The notes beneath the pieces were generated by a model, which worked only from the letters and a program-made list of their open reading frames with translations, searched no databases and was not told where the DNA came from. Shown in pieces: positions 1 to 13,420 of a stretch of DNA of 64,000 nucleotides. How positions within the stretch are numbered: position 1 is the stretch's first letter; each line of letters begins with the position of its first letter. The translations under genes were made by a program, and so were the position numbers. Source of the stretch: Cycas panzhihuaensis (Eukaryota; Plantae; Cycadophyta); the NCBI GenBank assembly GCA_023213395.1, contig CM041465.1, positions 157,611,741-157,675,740 on the forward strand. The letters are read 5' to 3'.

Positions 1-1710
1 AGCCACAAGAGCGCACATGACAAAGAAATGTTGTCCATGCTTCATGCCCTAGCCAAATGAAAACAATATTTTTTAGGAAGCAAGGTTTATATCAATATTG
101 ATCACCAAAGTCTTAAATACTTTTGATCTCAACGTAATTTATATAAAGAGCAACAAAGATGGGTTTGTAAAATCCAAGACTACACCTTCGAGATGTGTAC
201 TAAAAGGGTAAGGAGAATGCCATAGTGGATGCCCTCTATGGGAAATATGAAGAAGGAGAATGTTCAACATTATTAGTTGCTCAACCTATATGGATAGAGG
301 AGCTCTAAAAAACATATACAAGCAATGCATAACTAATTAGGAGGATCGAGCAATGCAGGGAAGGGACATCTCAACCATACTGGAAGACTGAAGGCAGTAC
401 CACATTGTATAAAGGCAGAATATGCATCCTCGAGGACCTAATAGTGAGGGAGAGATTATTCAAGGAATTTGATTAGACTCCATCAACATGACATTTTAGT
501 TTTCAAAGAAGATCTATTTTTTGGTAAGGAATGAAGGTAGGCATATTAAGATTCATAGTAGAATGCAAGACATGTCAGAGATAGAAATATTAATGCACCT
601 AATACCCTGGACTACTACAAGCTCTTCTAATTCCACAACAAAAATGGGAGGAGATTTCAGTGGATTTTATAGCTGGCCTACCTAAGTCTGAAGGTAAGGA
701 TACCATTTTATAGTAGTGGATCACCTCATAAAATATGACCAATTTATACCTATGCAGTTCAACTTCAATGGTCTTCATGTAGTAGAGTTATTTATGAAAA
801 ACATTTATAAACTCAATAGGTTCCGTAAAAATATTATATTGATAGAGATCCCAAGTTTACTAGTAACTTCTATAAGGAGCTTTTTAGATTGGCAGTAATA
901 GAACTTGCTATGAGCATCACATACAATTCTCAAACAAATGGACAAATAAGGGTAGTTAACAAGTGCTTGGAAACATACGTTGTTTTGCAGGGGACAATCA
1001 AACTAAGTGAGTAAAATGGATTCATCTCACAAAACACTGGTACAACACAACTTAGCACACAACAATCTAGATGCCTCCATTCACGTCACTATATGGATAC
1101 CAACTGTCCAAGGAAGTTCACTATATCCAAGAAGCCATTCAAGTACCTATTGCTTAAGAATTGATCCAACAATCAGACCAAATACTTAAGGAATTGAAGA
1201 GCCATTTTGGCAATGCAAGAAATAGGATGAAACAACAAGTAGATCAACTCTGAGTTGAGCATTTTTTTTGATATTGGATAATGGGTGTATGTATGTCTAT
1301 AACCCTATGAGCAAGTGTCGCTATGGTGACAAGGAAAATTTAAACTCATGTTGCGATTCTATGGGCCTTACCAAATTCAAAGGAGGATAGGAGAAGTGGC
1401 ATATGCTCTCAACCTACCACTTGAGAGTAGGATTCATAATGTTTTCCATGCTTCTAGTCTAAAGAAAAATGTAGGCCCTAATATTAGTCCTACAATTGAG
1501 TTGCCGATCAAAAATGAAGAAGGGAAGGTTATAACAGAGCCTCAAATCATTATTGAAACATAATAAAAACAACTTAGATCCCAGATAATAAACGAATACC
1601 TGGCCAAATGGAAAGGCTTGCCAATAGATGAGGCAACATGGGAGTCTCAAGATTTCATCAACAACCATCGTAAGCTTTGTGGGCAAGGCTTCTTTCTCAA
1701 TAGGGTGGGG
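1..1710 (+). mobile_element. Ty3/gypsy chromovirus, 3' part of decayed pol (RNase H, integrase, chromodomain) plus PPT; 5' end lies outside the window
   Basis: Degenerate RNase H (DKEMLSMLHALAK), integrase ([21 protein letters not shown]...RIHNVFH), chromodomain (EYLAKWKGLPIDEATWE). PPT tagggtgggg at 1701-1710 is followed by TG at 1713. Many stops and frameshifts; the end of the 3' LTR could not be resolved. Confidence 0.9.
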
Positions 1711-2009
1711 CATGCCACATTTTTGCAACCTAAGAAATATCAACTTCAATTGGAATTAGAAAGGATTAAAATAATAAAAACAAGGTTGCATTCATGCAAC
1801 CCAAGAAAAATACCAATTTCAAATATAATTAAAAATAATTAAAATAATCAAACTAAGCCACTATACAAAGGTTTGCTTATTAGACTTTAGAATCATGAGT
1901 TTTATTTTGATTTGAAATTTATTCCTTTTGGCATCTTTAGGGCCAAGGATGATTTTGTTGTAATTTTCTGTTGTAATTCAAGAATTCTATTTTTATTTTA
2001 GTTTTGGTT

Positions 2010-3790
2010 CATCACAGTTGTCAGATAAAAATTGCCTGAGGAGGCTTGGTTAGATAAGAAGCCAAATGTATATCATTTGAGAAATTTTGGATGTACAACG
2101 TGCATGCATACGACAAAGGAGAAATGACAGAAATTGGATGACAAAAGCACCAAATGCATCCTTGTAGGATACTCTAAGGCTAGACTTATAGTTAAAGGCT
2201 TGAAGCAGTAGGAAGGGATCAACTACCGAGAGATGTTTACTCTAGTTGCAAAAATGAACAGTATTCAATTCAATGTGGTGATGATTGCTTGGTTTAATTG
2301 GTAATTTTATTAGTTGGATGTGAAAGGTGCATTCCTAAATGGAGACTTAATAGACAAGGTTTGCATGGAGTAGCCATTTGGCTTTGTGTAGAAAGGTTAG
2401 GAGCACTTGGTATGCCAACTCAGAAAGGCTTTGTATGGCTTGAAACAGGCTCAAGGGCCTAGTATGAAAAAATTAAGTAGCACTCTCTGAAAAATAGATT
2501 TGAGTGATCTCCATTTGAGTCAAATCTATATATCAAAATCTTGGATGATAAAGTTATATTTGTGGTGTTGTACATCGATGACTTATTGATTATAGGGAAT
2601 GACATCAATATAATATTAGACTTGGAGATAGATCCGAGTTGCATCTTCAAGATGACTGGTCTAGGAGTATTTCACTACTTCCTTGGGCTAGAAATATGGC
2701 AAAGACTTGGACGTGTCTTCATTTTGTAGGCAACATACACTTGAGAATTTTGAAGAAATTTATAATGGATGATTGCAAGCCTATGCCTACCCCCATGGAG
2801 ATAGGTTCCAAGTTAACAATTGAAGATGGTGGGCCAAATGTTGATGCTACATTGTATAGGTAGTTGGTTGGTAGTCTAATTTACTTGATTCCAACTAGAC
2901 CTAGCATTTCATTTGTAGTTGGGATAGTATTTAGGTTTATGGCATTACCACAATAGAGTCATTATAAAGTTGCAAAGAGAATTGTTTGATAATACACAAC
3001 AACAACTTCAAGTTGGAGGGATTCGCATATTTAGATTGGGCCAAATATGCAGATAGTAGGAGGTTGACTTCTTGTTATTATTTTAGTTTGGGGTTAGTTG
3101 TAGTAACTTGCTGCGATAAAAATCAATTCAATGTTGCTTTGTCCTTAGCTGGAGTAGAATGCAAGGCTGTAATTGCAACAACCGTTGAAGCCATCTGGTT
3201 ACGGCGTATTCTTGGGGACATGGGTCTACATCAACAATAACTAACTAAGTTGTATTATGACAATCATAGTACACTTAAGATCACCAAAAACCCTGTGTTC
3301 ATGCTCATACCAAATATATCAAGGTACATTGCAAAGAATTAATCTAGAATGGAGTGATCGAGATGGTGTACATGCCTATAAAAGAATGACTGGCTGACAT
3401 TTTTGCCAAGCCAGTTGCATGAGTTAGAGTTCATGCATTCAAGGATTGTTTAGATGTTAGAATTAATGGCACAAACATTAAGGGGGAGTGTTAGAATTAT
3501 TTAATATTTACATATTGAGTAGTTTCATAATTTTAAGTTATGAGCCTCTGCCTTTGTACTGTACTTTAGTAATGTTTTATTAGTTATTGTGTTGGAATGA
3601 TGAGTTGTGGGGGTTACTATGTCATTCAACATGTGTCACTTTAGATGCATGTAGATTACATTTGTAGGAGTGTTAAATGCACATTTCACGTATTGTAATC
3701 TTTTGATTGAGATGATAATGAATACAATTAGACTTTAGAAACTAATTTTCAAAGTGTGATTGTGGCTATCTCTCTATGGTATGATCCTAG
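2010..3790 (+). mobile_element. Ty1/copia remnant (integrase end, RT, RNase H) with internal deletion and 3' LTR at ~3489-3790
   Basis: PEEAW, KCILVGYS joined directly to KARL, LYIDDLL, EAIWLRRIL. PPT agggggag at 3481-3488, then TGTTAG at 3489. No 5' LTR found; both ends approximate. Confidence 0.8.
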
Positions 3791-4322
3791 TTTGATATCA
3801 AGAGTTTGGGGGTGGTGTCACATGATAGAAATGCATGAATGTTTCTGCTGAATAAATTTAATGTTTTTTTCCATCTTGGAAGCTAGATTTTTTGAGGTCT
3901 AAATTGCTAATTCTTTTTTGGATGGCCTTGTAAAAAATCATATATGCACTAGAGAAAGAATAGTGCCTAGAGATTTCTAATTTGAGGTTCACAGTCCATA
4001 AAATAATTATTTGAAGCAATCAAAGGAAAACATTCCACCCCAACATGTTTTATATGCAGAAACTAGGAGGGAAATTAAATAGCATATGTTCTGTTAAATG
4101 ATGTTTTATGGAACCCTTGAAGAGTGACTACTTGAAATAGATGCGATATTCTCATATGAAATCATTTTGCAACAGATATTCAACACTATGCATTTTCAAA
4201 TTCAGTCCATGGCCCACAAAAAAAGGCAAGTAAGAGAGAGTATATAATGTATAATATTTGTTGTTGGCCTCTTGATCATCAACAGTTTTATATTCTTATT
4301 TGCTTGTCTAGAGGGTTTTGTT

Positions 4323-7300
4323 TGTTAGAATATAATGTTTTATCTAAGGATGTTTTGAGGGTCATGTAACACGACCCTCTTTTTGTAACATTGACAAGTG
4401 TATGCCATGTGTCAATCAGATACATGGCAGTTATAGTTTCACATTGTATATATAAAGAGTTCATTTGTCATAATAGACAAGAAGTTATTCTCCAATCTGA
4501 GTTTATGCTTAACATGGTATCAGAGTAGGGCAATCTGCCTGCTTGAAAGAGAAACTGTTTGAGAGAAGAACCATCTGAGATTTACAGAGATCATTTCTAT
4601 AACTTAAAGAAAAGAGATTAGGAGGATTAGAGTAATCTTTTGAAGAAAAAGACATACATTCGCCAGAAGAACCAATAAATTGACTATGTACAGACTTGTA
4701 CGAACAAGAAAATCTGAAAGTGCTCAGATTTTGACGAAACTTCACCAGCAGACAGATCTCAGTACGGACGTCATCTTTGTCAACTGGGTCGAAGACATCT
4801 AAGGGCATCTTTAAGGAGTTTTTGACAAATTTCTAGGGGCACTGGTTTGAAACTTCATACATTAATTTTGGTCAGAATTTTTGGTTTCTTCTGATAAAAT
4901 CTATTGCAAAATCTTCATTTTTATATTATGAATCTTTTCAGACTAGTTTCAGAGATTTTCATCAAAGATTTTTTATTTTATGAGCAAAATTCCTAGAAGC
5001 CCTAGCCATGTAGTTTTATATTTTGAGATAGTTTCTAAATAATCTAGGCAATTTTTTACAAAAAGGCTTACAGATCTGGACTCCCGTTAAAAAAACCTTC
5101 AATTTGAGACAGGTTTTGTCCAAATCCTTACACTTTCAAAATCGTATGGAAATTTGTATAGCCATACAATCAGGCCCTGAAAACCCCTATTTTTTGATTT
5201 AGTGATGGCTGCTTCTATATTGGCACTCGCTGAGCAAGATAAATTAATTGATTCCAACTACCATGTATGGAAAATCAAAGTGGAAGCTCTGTTAAGGGCC
5301 AAAAACGCTTGGAATATAGCCATTGGAACTGAAACTAAACCTGTAGTTGCTGGTACTTCTCAAACCAATTGGAAATAAAGAGACAATGCAGGGATAATAG
5401 TATTAAAATTATTTGTTTTTGATCCTCTTCTCATCTATGGTTAGAAATAGAATTCCTCCTTAGCTATTTGGAAAACATTTGAAAATATGTATAACCAAAA
5501 GAATCGGGTAAGAATCATAGTCCTCAAAGAAGAGTTGTTTAAGCTATACGTGAAGGATACTGAAACAATTTTAGAATTCATCCACAAGGTTGTATCAATC
5601 AAAAATGACCTATTGAGTGTCAGAGCAAATATCTCATTGCAGGAGATTGTGGAGATGATAGCAAGTAAACTTCCAAGATCCTTTGATGTTATAATTAACA
5701 CAATAACCAATAATGATCAAATTAATACAATGATTCTTGACACTTTAACAGGGTTGTTGTTGAGACAGGAACAAAGGAACAAACACTACGAAGATTCAAT
5801 AGAAGTCAAAGATGCCTTTGTGACCAAACTCCATTTGGGACCCAGAAGAAGGGGGCAATTTCACGGACGTCCATGAGCCCTAGATACCAGAAACCTGTCT
5901 TGTGGGAGATGGCAAGAAAATCGAGGACGTGGACGCATCATTTTGCCTAGAGAAGCTAGGGTATGTTTCAATTGCGGGAAACCGAGCCATTTTTCAAGCA
6001 GCTACAGAGCCTTTGATGTTTGTTACCATTATGGGCAATATGGGCATTATCCCTATCAATGCTTGTAGAGAAGGGTTGAAAGGGAAATGCCCAGCAAGAA
6101 ATTATAGCAAAGAGTAGGACGACAAAGATGAAGAAGAAACTGTGTTCATTGCTGCACTCACTGTTGGACTCGAGGATGAAGAAGTGTGGTACATTGATTT
6201 CAGAGCATCAAGGCATATGACAAGACAAGAAAATTGGTTCGAATCACTGAAACCCTATGCTTCAAACAAATCTATTGAGTTAGGGGATAAATACCTACTA
6301 AGCATTAAAGGGGTTGGAACCCTAGCAATTAAAGTAAAAGGTGTTGTACAGAAAATTGGTAATGTGCTTTTTGTGCTTGGATTAAAAAAGAAAAGAAAAA
6401 GTTGAGGACTGTATTTGATAAGGAAGGACACTATTACATTTTAGGCATGAAGAAAAACAATGTTGTAATTGTTAAAGGAATAGAAAGTAACAACTTATGT
6501 AGATTGCTTTCTAATCATGTAATGGTCAATCAAGATGTAAAAGCATGTACTATAGTCAGCAGTGATAATAATAAATTGTGGCATTTGAAGTATGGGCATA
6601 TCTCATCAAATAGGTTAGCACAGTTACAAAAATAAAAATTGGTGAATGATCTTCTAAATATTTCATTTTGGCACTTTGTTTGCAAAAATTGTTTGCTTGG
6701 GAAACAACATTGTTTTCCCTTTAAGACAAATGACTGGCGAGCTCAAAATAGATTAGAGCTAGTACATGCTGATATGTGTGGCCCTCTTACTCCTCACTTA
6801 ATTAATGGTGCTAGATACTTCTTAACTTTCACTGATGACTTTTCTAGGAAAACCTGGATTTACTTTCTTTATAGTAAATCTGAGGTTTTTGAAAATTCAA
6901 GTAATTTAAAGTTGAAGTTGAATTGGAATCTGGGAAAAAAATCAAATGTATTAGGTCAGACGGTGGAGGAGAATACATTTTGAAAGAATTCTTGAATTTC
7001 TACAAGGCACATGGAATACACAGACAAATTACAACTCCTTACACACCTCAATCTAACGAAGTCGCTAAATGCAAAAACATGACAATTATGGAGATGGCTC
7101 ACAACATGATCAAAGAAAAGAAGATCTCAAGAACCTACTAGGTAGAGGCAGTCTGTATTGCTGGCTATCTCATAGGCCAGAGTCCTACAAAGGCCTTAGA
7201 ACAAATCACTCCTGAAGAAGCATGGACTAGGGTCAAACCAGATGTAAGTAATTTAAAAGATTTTGGATGTCGAGCATTTGTCCAGATACCAAATAGGAAG

Positions 7301-9469
7301 AGATCCAACCTTGACTCCAAAAGCATAGAATGTATAATGGTCGGCAATAGTAGAAATTTAAAGGCCTATAAATGTATAGATCCTAAAACAAATAAGATCT
7401 ATATAAGTAGGGATGTTGTCTTTAATGAAGATGATTTTGTAAAGGATACTTCAATCTAACAAGTAATTGAAGAAATGCCCAAGAGAATACTTCAAGAAGA
7501 ACCTCTTACTAAAGAAATTTCTAGGATTACTTCATAGGACATAGAAACAGATGATTCAAAGAGGGCTTCACAATTTTATGAAAGTCCACCCATTGAAGAA
7601 AAAGAATCATCTTCCAAAGACTCATTCACAGAAAAAGAAAGAAAGAAGAAACAAAGAGTACCAAAATGGTATCTCAAGATCATCGAAGAAGGTAAAGGAG
7701 ACATGTACACACACTGGACAAGAAGTCAAAAGCATCAGGCCTTGTTCTCAAACATAGAGCCATAATTGTTTGTAGAAGCAAAAGGACATGAGGAATGGCA
7801 AGCAACAATGGATGTAGAAATGGAATCAGTTTTCAAAAGTAGACCTGGGAGTTGGTAGATTTACCTCCTGGAAAGCCATTAGTCAATTGCAAGTGGGGAA
7901 ACAAGATAAAGGAGAATGTTGGTGGTAGAATAAACAAGTACAAGGCTAGGCTAGTAGCCAAGGGCTATACTCAGATTGTTGAAATAGATTATGAAGAGAC
8001 ATTCTCGCCAGTAGCCAAATTGGACACTGTGAGAGCAATAATTGCATTAGCATCTCAACATAACTGAAAAATCTATCGGTTAGATGTGAAGAGCACCTTT
8101 CTGAACGATGAACTCAAGGAAGAGGTCTACATAAGACAACCATAAGGATATGTTCAAAATGGTCAGGAAAATCTTGTTTGTAGATTGAAAAAAGCTTTAT
8201 ATGGGCTAAAGCAAGCACCATGAGCCTAGTACGCCAAGTTAGACAAGTACCTCATGTAGAATGGATTTCACAGGTGCAGCTCCGACTCTAGACTATATAC
8301 AAAGAAAAGATAGGGATTGATCGCAATAATTGCAGTCTATGTGGATGATATTATTCTCATAGGTAGTGATGCAAAGTCAGTAATTGATATAAAGGCTCAA
8401 TTGGAAAAGGGCTTTGAGATGGCAGGCTTCAGACTTTTGAACTACTATCTAGGGATAGAAATTGATCAAAAACAAGATTCACTCTCCTTGTCCCAGAGTA
8501 GATGTATCAAAAATCTGCTAATAAAATTTAAAATGGAAGAGAGCAACAATTATGTAACACCCATGGAAATCAACTGTGATATCATTAGGAGTCAATGGAA
8601 CATTGTATAGGCAACTGATTGGTAGCTTGATATATCTCACAGCAACTATACTTGATATCTCATACTCAATAAGTCTAGTTTCTAGATATATGCAAGATCC
8701 AAAGGTGAAACATTGGAAAGTTGCAAAAAGAATACTTAGATATCTAAAAGGAACAATTGATCTGAAACCCACATATCCAAAGTTAAAATCAAATAAATTA
8801 ATTGGATATTGTGATTCAGATTGGGCAGGAGACAAAGAAAAAAGGAGATCAACAAGTGGTTATTGCTTCTTCCTTGGATCAATAACAATTTCTTGGAGCA
8901 GCAAAACACAACCCATAGTTGCTCTCTCATCCACAGAAGCTGAATATAAATTAGCTGTCAGTGCAGCATGCGAAGCAGCTTGGCTGAGACAACTTCTGTC
9001 AGATTTAGATCAACACCAAAAGGAGTCAACAACCTTGTTTTGTGACAACCGGAGTGCCATCAAGCTAACCAAAAATTCAGTTCTCCATGCTCGAACAAAG
9101 CATATTGAAGTGTATCATCACTTCACATGGGAAAAAGTACAAAGCAAAGAAATTGATTTGAAATACTACCCAACAAACGATTAGGTTGCAGATATTTTAA
9201 CAAAGCTACTTAGCAAAGACAAATTTCAGGTTCTTAGAGATAAAATAGGATTGAAAAGATAAAACATTAAGAGAGGGTGTTAGAATATAATGTTTTATCT
9301 AGGAATGTTTTGAGGGTCACATAACACATCCCTCTTTTTGTAACATAGACAAGTGTATGCCATGTGTCAATCAGATACATGGCAGTTACAGTTTCACATT
9401 GTATATATAAAGAGTTCATCTCTTATAATAAACAAGAAGTTATTCTCCAATCTGAGTTTATGCTTAACA
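4323..9469 (+). mobile_element. Full-length Ty1/copia element with 192-bp LTRs (4323-4514, 9278-9469)
   Basis: TG...CA LTRs with ~12 differences by hand count; perfect TSD TTGTT; PBS tggtatcagag (tRNA-iMet) at 4515; PPT gagaggg before 9278. Confidence 0.97.
5205..9262 (+). pseudogene. Decayed copia gag-pol polyprotein
   Basis: SNYHVWKIKVEALL (Gag N-term), WYIDFRASRHMT (protease), LELVHADMCGP and RSDGGGEY (integrase), YVDDII (RT), YCDSDWAG...HARTKHIEV (RNase H); interrupted by stops and frameshifts. Confidence 0.93.
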
Positions 9470-9677
9470 TTGTTCTACTTTCACAGATTGTTGGTTGCTT
9501 CCCATAAGATTAGTAGTTCCATTTTTGTGGAATTGTGTGTATACAGGATCCCACACTTGCCAATTCGACATCCCTGTTGGGGAACTTGGCCTTTCATCAC
9601 CTAGATGAATAAAATCAAGCTTTTAGTTTCTTGTACATTCATAGTTGTCAATAGAGAGAGAAACTAGAGAATAAGAG

Positions 9678-10136
9678 CATGTTACTGGGAACATGGTCCC
9701 TGGGGTTGTTTCCCTCTTGTGTCCTGCAAAAATGTGGAAATGGGCGATAAATGTTTTTGGCCCATTTCTGGCCCTGGCCCATGTTTCCATTGCCATTTGT
9801 GAGAGCTGTAGCTGTTTCTGGGCTTGCAAATGGGAATTGTGGGCCCTACATCGCAAGTGGGCTGCATAAAACTTGACAGGTTTTTTTTTTTAAAGGTTCT
9901 TTAATGTTTTCAATAGTCTTTGAAAGATCGTTTTTTTTAAGTGTTTTTTAGAGAAAAACAGAATAATTTAATTAAAAAAAGCACTATTAAACACACACAC
10001 ACACACACACATTCTATTTTATATGTGTGTGCGCGCGTGTATATTATAAACGTTTCTTCATTTTTGGGAAATTTTGGAAATTGGCATTTTTGTGTTCCCA
10101 TTTCTCTGTTTCTGTTTCCATGTTTCTGGTAACTTG
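9678..10136. mobile_element. hAT-type MITE (non-autonomous DNA transposon), ~459 bp
   Basis: Imperfect 19-bp TIRs catgttactgggaacatgg / ccatgtttctggtaacttg; 8-bp TSD aataagag / agtaagag (1 mismatch); no coding capacity; internal (CA)n tract near 9990-10010. Confidence 0.8.
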
Positions 10137-10367
10137 AGTAAGAGTATTCACACTTGCTTTATGTTCTTAGGTTTGTAATTTACCAAATACAGGATGGGGA
10201 TGGATAGTGAGCAACCAGATTTGAATTAAAAAATTGTTTCAGAAAATGGTCTTTTAAATATTTCAATAGTTCTTGTGTATCTAGTTTTGAAAATAAAGGG
10301 GATTTCGTTTTATATGTTTTCCATTGGGTTGGTAAGTTTCTTAATATTATTAAGTATGCTTGTGCAG

Positions 10368-10426
10368 TCACGGCCTTTTGGAGTGTCTCTTCTAATTGCA
10401 GGCCATGATGAAAATGGGCCTAGCTT
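10368..10426 (+). CDS. PAE: Internal 59-bp coding exon of 20S proteasome subunit alpha-5 (PAE/PSMA5 homologue)
   Basis: tgtgcAG|tca cgg cct ttt gga gtg tct ctt cta att gca ggc cat gat gaa aat ggg cct agc tt|GTaagg translates to SRPFGVSLLIAGHDENGPS(L), matching the plant alpha-5 sequence as recalled. Canonical splice sites, no stops. Too short for the ORF track. Confidence 0.92.
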
Positions 10427-13420
10427 GTAAGGACTTAACTCCCTTTTGTTTTGGTATTTTGGCTTTCAATCATATCTGGGTTTCTTTTCAAAGCTTTGGG
10501 AAATTTGACTTAGCAAGCAAATAATTGAAATAATGTTTCAGTAAGTTGATGAATATTGATGATGTAGGTAACACATGTTCTGTGAAACTGAATGTTCCAA
10601 GGGGAAAGTAGTGATAAATTTGTAATAAAAGTGTTACTACCTGGATTGCATGAGGACTAAATAATGAAGTCATAATGTAATATTCTATTTACAAGAGTTC
10701 TGTTGTATTCATCAAGGAATTGAATAGTGCTAGTCTCCAGCAATAACATATATTTCAAGTTTGTGGTGGTACAATGTGAAAAGTAGCCAAGCATGAATCT
10801 ACTGGTATGCGAACCAGATTGCATGATACTCTCTCTGTACTTTTAGTATGTGATTAAAAACTGTGGAATCTTGGATTTTATGTTTTTGAGGAAATCTCCA
10901 TCAGTTTATTGTAGGAAAGGGGAATGAATAATGACAAGGAGATTGTTCTAAGGTAGGCATCCAGTGAGGGCACACCTTAGAGCATGACAAGTTCACCTCA
11001 AAACCTACCATCCTTGATGATAGATCTTAAGCCTTTTAAATGAATTCCTGTTAAATTTTAAGTAGGTTATGCAGATTGGTTTGTTGGATATTCATATGGA
11101 TAATGGGTGGCAATGTCTGCTAGTTGAAAGTTACAGAAGTTGTGGTTTTGAGATCAGAGATATTGTTCAGTAATTGTATCTGCTGAAGAGCAAGAAGTGC
11201 TTTTTGTGCAATTAAATAGCTTTCTCACACCTATTTTTCAAATACAGAAAGTGAAGACTCAATGCCTACCGAGTTTTTCTCTACCATCTGTTCTCCCTTT
11301 TCAGTGCCCCCCCTGGAGGTAGGAAATTTGGACAGGTCTGAGTAGTGATCTTTTAAAAATTTTAGGAGGATTTGTTTCCTCTCTGTTTTCCTTCCTAGAA
11401 CAACGTCTTGTATATGGGAGCTACATGGCCAGGGCATGCCATGTGAAAGAATGGAAGAGTTAAACTATTAAAGCACGATGTGGATCAAGACATGAAAGAG
11501 TGGGTGTCCAGAGTTCAGGCCAGTCTCTTTTGTTTATACATTTAGCGTCGTGGACATCTGCTACCTGCTTCCCCCTGAGACATCCTTAGAATATTTTTCT
11601 TACCGCAGCAAATTTCCCTCTGGTTTCAGTCAACCCCTTGAATTCAAGAAAGCTTGTGGTTCTCTCAGTTGCTCTATATAGGCAATGCTGATGTCAGCAA
11701 AAGGATTTTCCACCTTCTGCAATAAATGTCAGCTCAATAATATATTATTTCGTATTCATTAAAATTATAACGATTTAGAATAGTATTTTTATAGGACATG
11801 GTCTACATCATAGTAGCAATATTCTCTGGGCTTTAAAAAAATGTGTTTTAAATGTTTTTTTTTATAAACCAGGGTTTAAAACAGTGAATATTCAACAATT
11901 CTTTCATTTTAAGTTGTTTTAAGACTCTGATCTGTTTGACTGCATTTGCTGTAAAATATTGATTGGCAAGCAAAATGCAAACCCAAAGTCTTCAGATAAT
12001 TGAAGATCAATGGTAGAAGGATGTATCCACAAGCAGTAGTAGAGAAGATAGGAGGAGTGAAGGGCGGATTCTTCAGTGTGAAGCGGACTCACGGTAGAGG
12101 TGGAGATAAAAAGAAGAAAAGTGCTCAAATCTCCATGTGAGTTACCCCCTTTTCAGAGATTTGCAAATAATTGCCCATACTCTCTGCTACTAAACCAACT
12201 GCCAGTTGAGAATGTTTGCAAAGCGGCTCTGCCTTTGCAAAAGTGTTTTTAATTCTTCTCCATTCGCTTCAGAGTTGAGAGACACCTCTTCTCTGTGTTC
12301 AATGGTGGCTGAGAGGACCATGACCTTGCACGTCACTCATAACAAAAAAGTTTTTGCAAAATGCCAAAGGTTATATGCTTATGTTCAAATTTTTGTTATG
12401 TGACTCTTACTGAAGTGGTTTTAAAACAATCCGTTACCCAAACATTTTTTTTTTTTGGTTTATATATGTTTTATGCTTTGGGTTTTATGATAACTTTATT
12501 TTATGTTTATAATTTTCATTTTTTTCGAACATGGCTACGATGGTCTACTTGTTCTCTTTTCATTTGATGAAGACGTGGGTCATGAAACCAATTTCATAAC
12601 CAAAATTTAATTTCAATTTCATGGCAATTAATTGCGACAAAATACCTCCAATATAAGGGTTTTAGCAGTAAAATGGTGTTTGATGTTATAGTAAAATATA
12701 TAACATAATATAACATTCATCCCTTGTGTTTTCTTCCTGTAGAAAGCTAGGTCATCATAGCTTTAGACCTATTAAATTCAGTACTAAGTAATCCTTCATT
12801 TGATTCAATTATGCAGTTGCTTGTATATTTAGGTTGAGATGATGTTTATTTTTGTTGAAAACACAGTATCTTTAAATAGTGAAAACTACCAGATTACAAC
12901 AGGTTAAGACAACTAAAAGGTCATGCTTGACAAAAATACTATCAGCTAATAAAACCAGAATGAATGCAGGCAAAATCATGGATACTACCAAATAGGCCAT
13001 CTATTTAAAATGCTTGTTCAGAAAATACTTGTAACTTAGCCAGTGTCAAAATAGAGGGGCCATGGTTTATTTCTGAAACATTTGCAAAACTAATAATTTG
13101 GGTATGAGAAAAATCCTTAAGGTTATTCAAAGCTCTCTTTTCAAAAGTCAGTGAACACATGGATATTTCACTGTCTTCATCATAAATATGTTTATGATTT
13201 AAAGATATGATGCTATATGAGAAGATAATTAGTAGAGTCTATTGCCATTTACAAAAGAGCTCATGATAATTAAAAGTTGTATTGATGGAATGATCTCAAG
13301 TGCATGCAAGTAGCAATTTTGTTCGAACTTCAGGGTTATCTTGACTGGAGTGTAGTGGTTCCTTTCATGGGGATGGCAACAAACATAATCACATAATTAT
13401 TTTTCTCATATTGATTGCAT

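Noticed and set aside
4148-4165. ttctcatatg as part of the upstream PAE exon (RFSY)
   Set aside because: The surrounding codons do not give NHRFSYGEPM and there are no suitable splice sites.
10944-10984. 11-bp stem hairpin (tgttctaaggt/accttagagca) as an intronic snoRNA or miRNA
   Set aside because: No convincing H/ACA or C/D boxes, and the stem is too short for a miRNA precursor.
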